In this document: positions 61,122 through 64,000 of the stretch, piece by piece
How the letters are laid out: the number at the start of each line of letters is the position of its first letter
Numbering within the stretch: the stretch's first letter is position 1
Virus record (IMG/VR): IMGVR_UViG_3300034198_015569
Location: 1 to 64,000 of that record
Direction: 5' to 3' (one strand)
DNA: 64,000 nucleotides
Origin: a virus
Program-made: the position numbers and the translations under genes
The notes under the pieces: model-generated
What the model was told of the DNA's origin: nothing
Database searches by the model: none
What the model saw: only the letters and a program-made list of their open reading frames with translations

Positions 61122-62537
61122 ATGAATACTTTCGCACGTAATGTAGCATCAAACGTTGGTGCCTCTTCTCCTAAGATTGCTAAGACCCGCACTGAAAATG
61201 GTGCAGTTGCTTACACTTCATCCGGCAAGGCCAATCTTGATTTGTTTGCTGCAATTGGCGCAGCCCGCTCCCGTGATCTAACCAATGATTTCAAGGCGGC
61301 TCTTAATGAGAATCCTGAATTGGCAACACGTATCCTTCTATGGGCTCGTGATTGTCGTGGTGGTGCTGGTGAACGTTCAACCCCTCGCAAGCTTCTAGCT
61401 GTGCTTGAGACTGTAGACGTTGAACTAGCAGAGAAGGTGCTTCGTAAGCTACCAGAACTTGGCCGTTGGGATGACCTTCTAGATAGCGTTAAGACCCCTC
61501 GCCTTCGTGAGATTGGTTTCGGCCTAATCCGTGACGCTTTGGCGGCTGGTAACGGTCTGTGCGCAAAGTGGATGCCACGTAAGGGTGATGAGGCTATCCA
61601 GCTTCGTTCATTCCTTGGTTGGTCTCCTAAGCGTTACCGTAAGACCCTGGTTTCACTAACCAAGGTTGTAGAACAGCAAATGTCTGCTAAGCAGTGGAGT
61701 GAGATTAAGTATCAATCCGTTCCTTCTGTTGCCATGGCACGCTCGATGAAGGCTTTCAGCCGTAACGATACTGTTCGTTTTGGCGAATACTTAAATAGAG
61801 TAAAAAAGGGCGAAACAAAGATTAATGCCTCTGTGGTATTCCCACATGACATTATTCGCTCTCTAAAGAGCGGACAAACTGCCGGTGCGGATGCTCAATG
61901 GAATGCATTGCCTGATTTTGTTGCATCGGACGAAAACTTTCTTCCAATTTGTGACGTATCAGGATCAATGAGTGTAGCTGTATCGGGTACGGTTTCTGCA
62001 CTAGACGTTTGTCTTGGTCTTGGTCTGTATCTTTCAGAACGTGGTAAAGGTGCCTTTAAGGATATCTTTATGACTTTCTCTGCCCGCCCAACTCTTCAGA
62101 AGGTAAGTGGTTCACTAAGTGAACGTATGAACCAAATGAATCGTGGTGCTTGGGATATGAACACGGACATGGAAGCTGCATTTAATGCTGTACTAGATCA
62201 CGGTATTAAGTACAAAGTTCCGCAGGCAGATATGCCAACCACACTTATTGTCTTCTCCGATATGGAGTTTGATCAGTGTATTCGTAATGGAAATGATACC
62301 ATCTATCGCAATATGCGTAAGCGTTTTGCTGATGCTGGTTACAATGTTCCTAAGGTTGTGTTTTGGAATCTTAATTCCAGAAATAAGCAGTTCCCTGTAA
62401 CTGCAAAAGACCCAAACACTGCACTAGTGTCAGGCTTCAACCCAATTCTTGTTAAGAATCTTCTTGGCAAGGCGAATATCACTCCAGAACAAGTAATGCT
62501 TGACACTGTCATGGTAGAGCGTTATAATCTAGATTGA
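61122..62537 (+). CDS. Ro60/TROVE-like protein with C-terminal vWA (DUF2828-like)
   Basis: TENGAVAY..SG..LDLF, WARDCRGGAGER, GRWDDL, AKWMPR, Y.SVPSVAM, MIDAS DVSGSM, FSDMEFD, VVFWNL, LVSGF. Confidence 0.85.
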   Translation: MNTFARNVASNVGASSPKIAKTRTENGAVAYTSSGKANLDLFAAIGAARSRDLTNDFKAALNENPELATRILLWARDCRGGAGERSTPRKLLAVLETVDVELAEKVLRKLPELGRWDDLLDSVKTPRLREIGFGLIRDALAAGNGLCAKWMPRKGDEAIQLRSFLGWSPKRYRKTLVSLTKVVEQQMSAKQWSEIKYQSVPSVAMARSMKAFSRNDTVRFGEYLNRVKKGETKINASVVFPHDIIRSLKSGQTAGADAQWNALPDFVASDENFLPICDVSGSMSVAVSGTVSALDVCLGLGLYLSERGKGAFKDIFMTFSARPTLQKVSGSLSERMNQMNRGAWDMNTDMEAAFNAVLDHGIKYKVPQADMPTTLIVFSDMEFDQCIRNGNDTIYRNMRKRFADAGYNVPKVVFWNLNSRNKQFPVTAKDPNTALVSGFNPILVKNLLGKANITPEQVMLDTVMVERYNLD

Positions 62538-62538
62538 G

Positions 62539-62563
62539 AGTAGGGGATTCGTTCCCTACTTTC
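62539..62563 (+). terminator. hairpin after the Ro60-like gene
   Basis: AGTAGGGGA-TTCG-TTCCCTACT followed by TT. Confidence 0.65.
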
Positions 62564-62572
62564 CTTAAGTTT

Positions 62573-62632
62573 AGGGCAATTTCAGCAAACATTTTAAATT
62601 TTTCTTTGTACGAAAAACTAAAAGTTGCCCTG
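62573..62632 (+). ncRNA. stem-RNA unit 2 (cargo: anticodon-like stem-loop, TGT)
   Basis: AGGGCAATTTCAGCAA...TTTTTC-TTTGTAC-GAAAAA...AAGTTGCCCTG. Confidence 0.7.
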
Positions 62633-62638
62633 TAATTA

Positions 62639-62702
62639 AGAACAATTTCAGCAAGTATTTAATACTTTTCCGCCAACAATTGGAAAATAAAACGTTGTTC
62701 TG
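62639..62702 (+). ncRNA. stem-RNA unit 3 (cargo: permuted acceptor minihelix with GCCA)
   Basis: AGAACAATTTCAGCAA...TTTTCC-GCCA-ACAATT-GGAAAA...GTTGTTCTG. Confidence 0.65.
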
Positions 62703-62720
62703 TTAAAATAAAGGATTATT

Positions 62721-62975
62721 ATGAATTTAGATGATGTTACTGCTGGTAATATGCGAACACTTTCCGAAAGATCGCTTCTTACTTTAAAAGAGGATGAATT
62801 TAGGAAAATTCGAAATCTTATTCATAATGCGGCAAATTCTGGTGCATATTATATTCAATGTGATATAAAGTATCCAGAAACAGAGAATATGTTAAAAGAT
62901 TTAGGTTTTAAGTTTAAAATTATGACCTTTAATAAAGATGTTACCACGTATAAAATTACATGGTGGATTGATTAA
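62721..62975 (+). CDS. small hypothetical protein embedded in the RNA array
   Basis: 84 aa with AAGGA SD. Confidence 0.7.
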   Translation: MNLDDVTAGNMRTLSERSLLTLKEDEFRKIRNLIHNAANSGAYYIQCDIKYPETENMLKDLGFKFKIMTFNKDVTTYKITWWID

Positions 62976-62981
62976 GAATTG

Positions 62982-63105
62982 AGAACCATTTCAGCAAATT
63001 TACTTTTATTTGCCTACGAAGCAAAAGGTGTCGGTTCGAGCCCGGCCCACCACACCAACTATGTGGTGGTAGTTTAATTGGATAGAACTTTATAAGGTGG
63101 TTCTG
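62982..63105 (+). ncRNA. stem-RNA unit 4 carrying a circularly permuted tRNA-Arg(ACG)
   Basis: AGAACCATTTCAGCAA...anticodon arm, T-arm, 3' acceptor + ACCA, linker, 5' acceptor, D-arm...GTGGTTCTG. Confidence 0.8.
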
Positions 63106-63122
63106 ATAAAAGATTAGAATTA

Positions 63123-63178
63123 AGAACGATTTCAGCAACTTAAAAATTTCACTGTTAATGAAAACCAAAGTCGTTCTG
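63123..63178 (+). ncRNA. stem-RNA unit 5 (cargo: anticodon stem-loop, GTT)
   Basis: AGAACGATTTCAGCAA...TTTCA-CTGTTAA-TGAAA...AAGTCGTTCTG. Confidence 0.75.
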
Positions 63179-63187
63179 ATAAAATTT

Positions 63188-63297
63188 AGGATATTTTCAG
63201 CAATCTAAATTTCAAACAATGTAACATGGGTTCGAATCCCATACATTCGAAAGAATGTTAGCCAAGTGGTAAGGCAATTGTCAAAAAAGTTATCCTG
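63188..63297 (+). ncRNA. stem-RNA unit 6, YrlA-like tRNA mimic
   Basis: T-arm ATGGG-TTCGAAT-CCCAT, closed acceptor ACATTC-GAAA-GAATGT, D-arm GCC-AAGTGGTAA-GGC, all inside the AGGATA/TATCCT stem. Confidence 0.8.
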
Positions 63298-63425
63298 TTA
63301 AAATTATGGGCAAGACCCGAAATTCTTATGCGTCGGGAGATATTACAAGCGTGTTAATGGGGGCTATGTAATAATTAAATTTCCGGTTGACAAAAAATTA
63401 ACTTGGTGTATAAATAATAGAATAT

Positions 63426-63500
63426 TGCTGGCGGGAGGTTTAGAATCTCATTGGTCTCATAAACCAAAGAACTGGTGCAAATCCATGGCTTCAGCAACCA
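63426..63500 (+). tRNA. tRNA-Met(CAT), atypical
   Basis: TTGGT-CTCATAA-ACCAA; ends CAGCAACCA; T-arm irregular. Confidence 0.62.
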
Positions 63501-63506
63501 ATTTAA

Positions 63507-63592
63507 TGCGGGGACAAGCCGGAGTGGCTAACTAGCCTCATAAGCTAGAGATTAATTTCTAATGGAATGTGCAACTCATTCCCCCGCAACCA
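63507..63592 (+). tRNA. tRNA-Met(CAT), fMet-like acceptor, long variable arm
   Basis: TGCGGG.../CCCGCAACCA; CTAGC-CTCATAA-GCTAG; T-loop TGCAACT. Confidence 0.65.
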
Positions 63593-63763
63593 ACACGGTA
63601 AGGTTTACTATTCTTATCCCATATAATGGTGTGATATTAATGGGTAAATCATATTGACGGCGAGGGCAAAGATCAAAGCGGGAAACCGGCACATTCGTTG
63701 TTCTATTTGAGGATAGACTTTGTGGGGGCCAGTCAATAATTATTTTAAAAGGTTAAACATTGA

Positions 63764-64000
63764 GTGTTTTGTTTAAATTGTAATAAAGAAACAAAGAATC
63801 CAAAATATTGTTGTAGATCATGTTCTGTATCTAAAAATAATTTAGGCGTACAAAGAAATAAACCAGTTGACAAAATATGTTTAAACTGTAGTAATAAAGT
63901 AAAACGAAATAAATCGAAATTTTGTTCTATGGAATGTTCCTTAAATTATAAGGCTATAGAAAAGAGAAGAGAAGTTTTAAGTAATCTTGAAAATGGAAAA
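63764..64000 (+). CDS. partial Zn-ribbon protein, probable tRNA-adjacent endonuclease (runs off the window)
   Basis: GTG start; CLNC...YCCRSCS and CLNC...FCSMECS repeats like the N-terminus of 48808-49467. Confidence 0.55.
   Translation, partial: MFCLNCNKETKNPKYCCRSCSVSKNNLGVQRNKPVDKICLNCSNKVKRNKSKFCSMECSLNYKAIEKRREVLSNLENGK

Noticed and set aside
5400-63168. Short ORFs antisense to or overlapping tRNAs and large genes (e.g. 5400-5627, 49571-49786, 50386-50694, 52007-52579, 56608-56880, 57984-58208, 62956-63168)
   Set aside because: Shadow ORFs without SD or recognisable motifs, explained by the feature on the other strand or frame.
62573-63297. CRISPR array
   Set aside because: The repeats are split into two complementary, covarying arms, the inserts vary widely in length and are tRNA-derived, and no cas genes are present.
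1-64000. Genome-wide TAG reassignment (code 15)
   Set aside because: Large genes, including the 1541- and 1914-aa late genes, are intact under code 11. Apart from the 56713 leader, no clearly TAG-interrupted genes were seen.
1-64000. Bacterial chromosome or prophage, rRNA, IS elements
   Set aside because: No housekeeping operons, rRNA, integrase or transposase; late promoters and gene content indicate a lytic jumbo phage.

Overview
AT-rich, densely packed segment of a large lytic T4-like (jumbo) myophage genome. Evidence: sigma70-like TTGACA early promoters plus T4-type late TATAAATA promoters, a minus-strand virion/tail-spike block at 9-21 kb, spanins, and many short ORFs. The host is probably an alphaproteobacterium (inferred from the CCA enzyme, class I LysRS-like domain and RlpA). 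The window holds about 28 tRNA genes, many non-canonical, including two with a CUA (amber) anticodon. It also holds several tRNA-derived or large structured ncRNAs, tRNA-adjacent endonucleases, and an RNA repair/tRNA maintenance toolkit (CCA enzyme, Thg1-like, HD-Pnk, cyclic-phosphate receiver domain, Ro60/TROVE-like DUF2828). Two candidate undescribed systems stand out. (1) At 61.0-63.3 kb, plus one distal copy at 49.8 kb, a Ro60-like gene is flanked by covarying stem RNAs sharing a TTTCAGCA motif. Each carries a different tRNA-derived cargo: isolated anticodon stem-loops, an acceptor minihelix, a complete circularly permuted tRNA-Arg, and a YrlA-like module. (2) At 56.6-57.2 kb an amber-suppressor tRNA is followed by a 16-codon leader with two in-frame TAG codons and an RGPP arrest-like motif. 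Its stop codon lies in a perfect 10-bp hairpin that occludes the next gene's Shine-Dalgarno site, suggesting an amber-readthrough-dependent translational switch. All calls come from reading the sequence by eye; no database searches were run.
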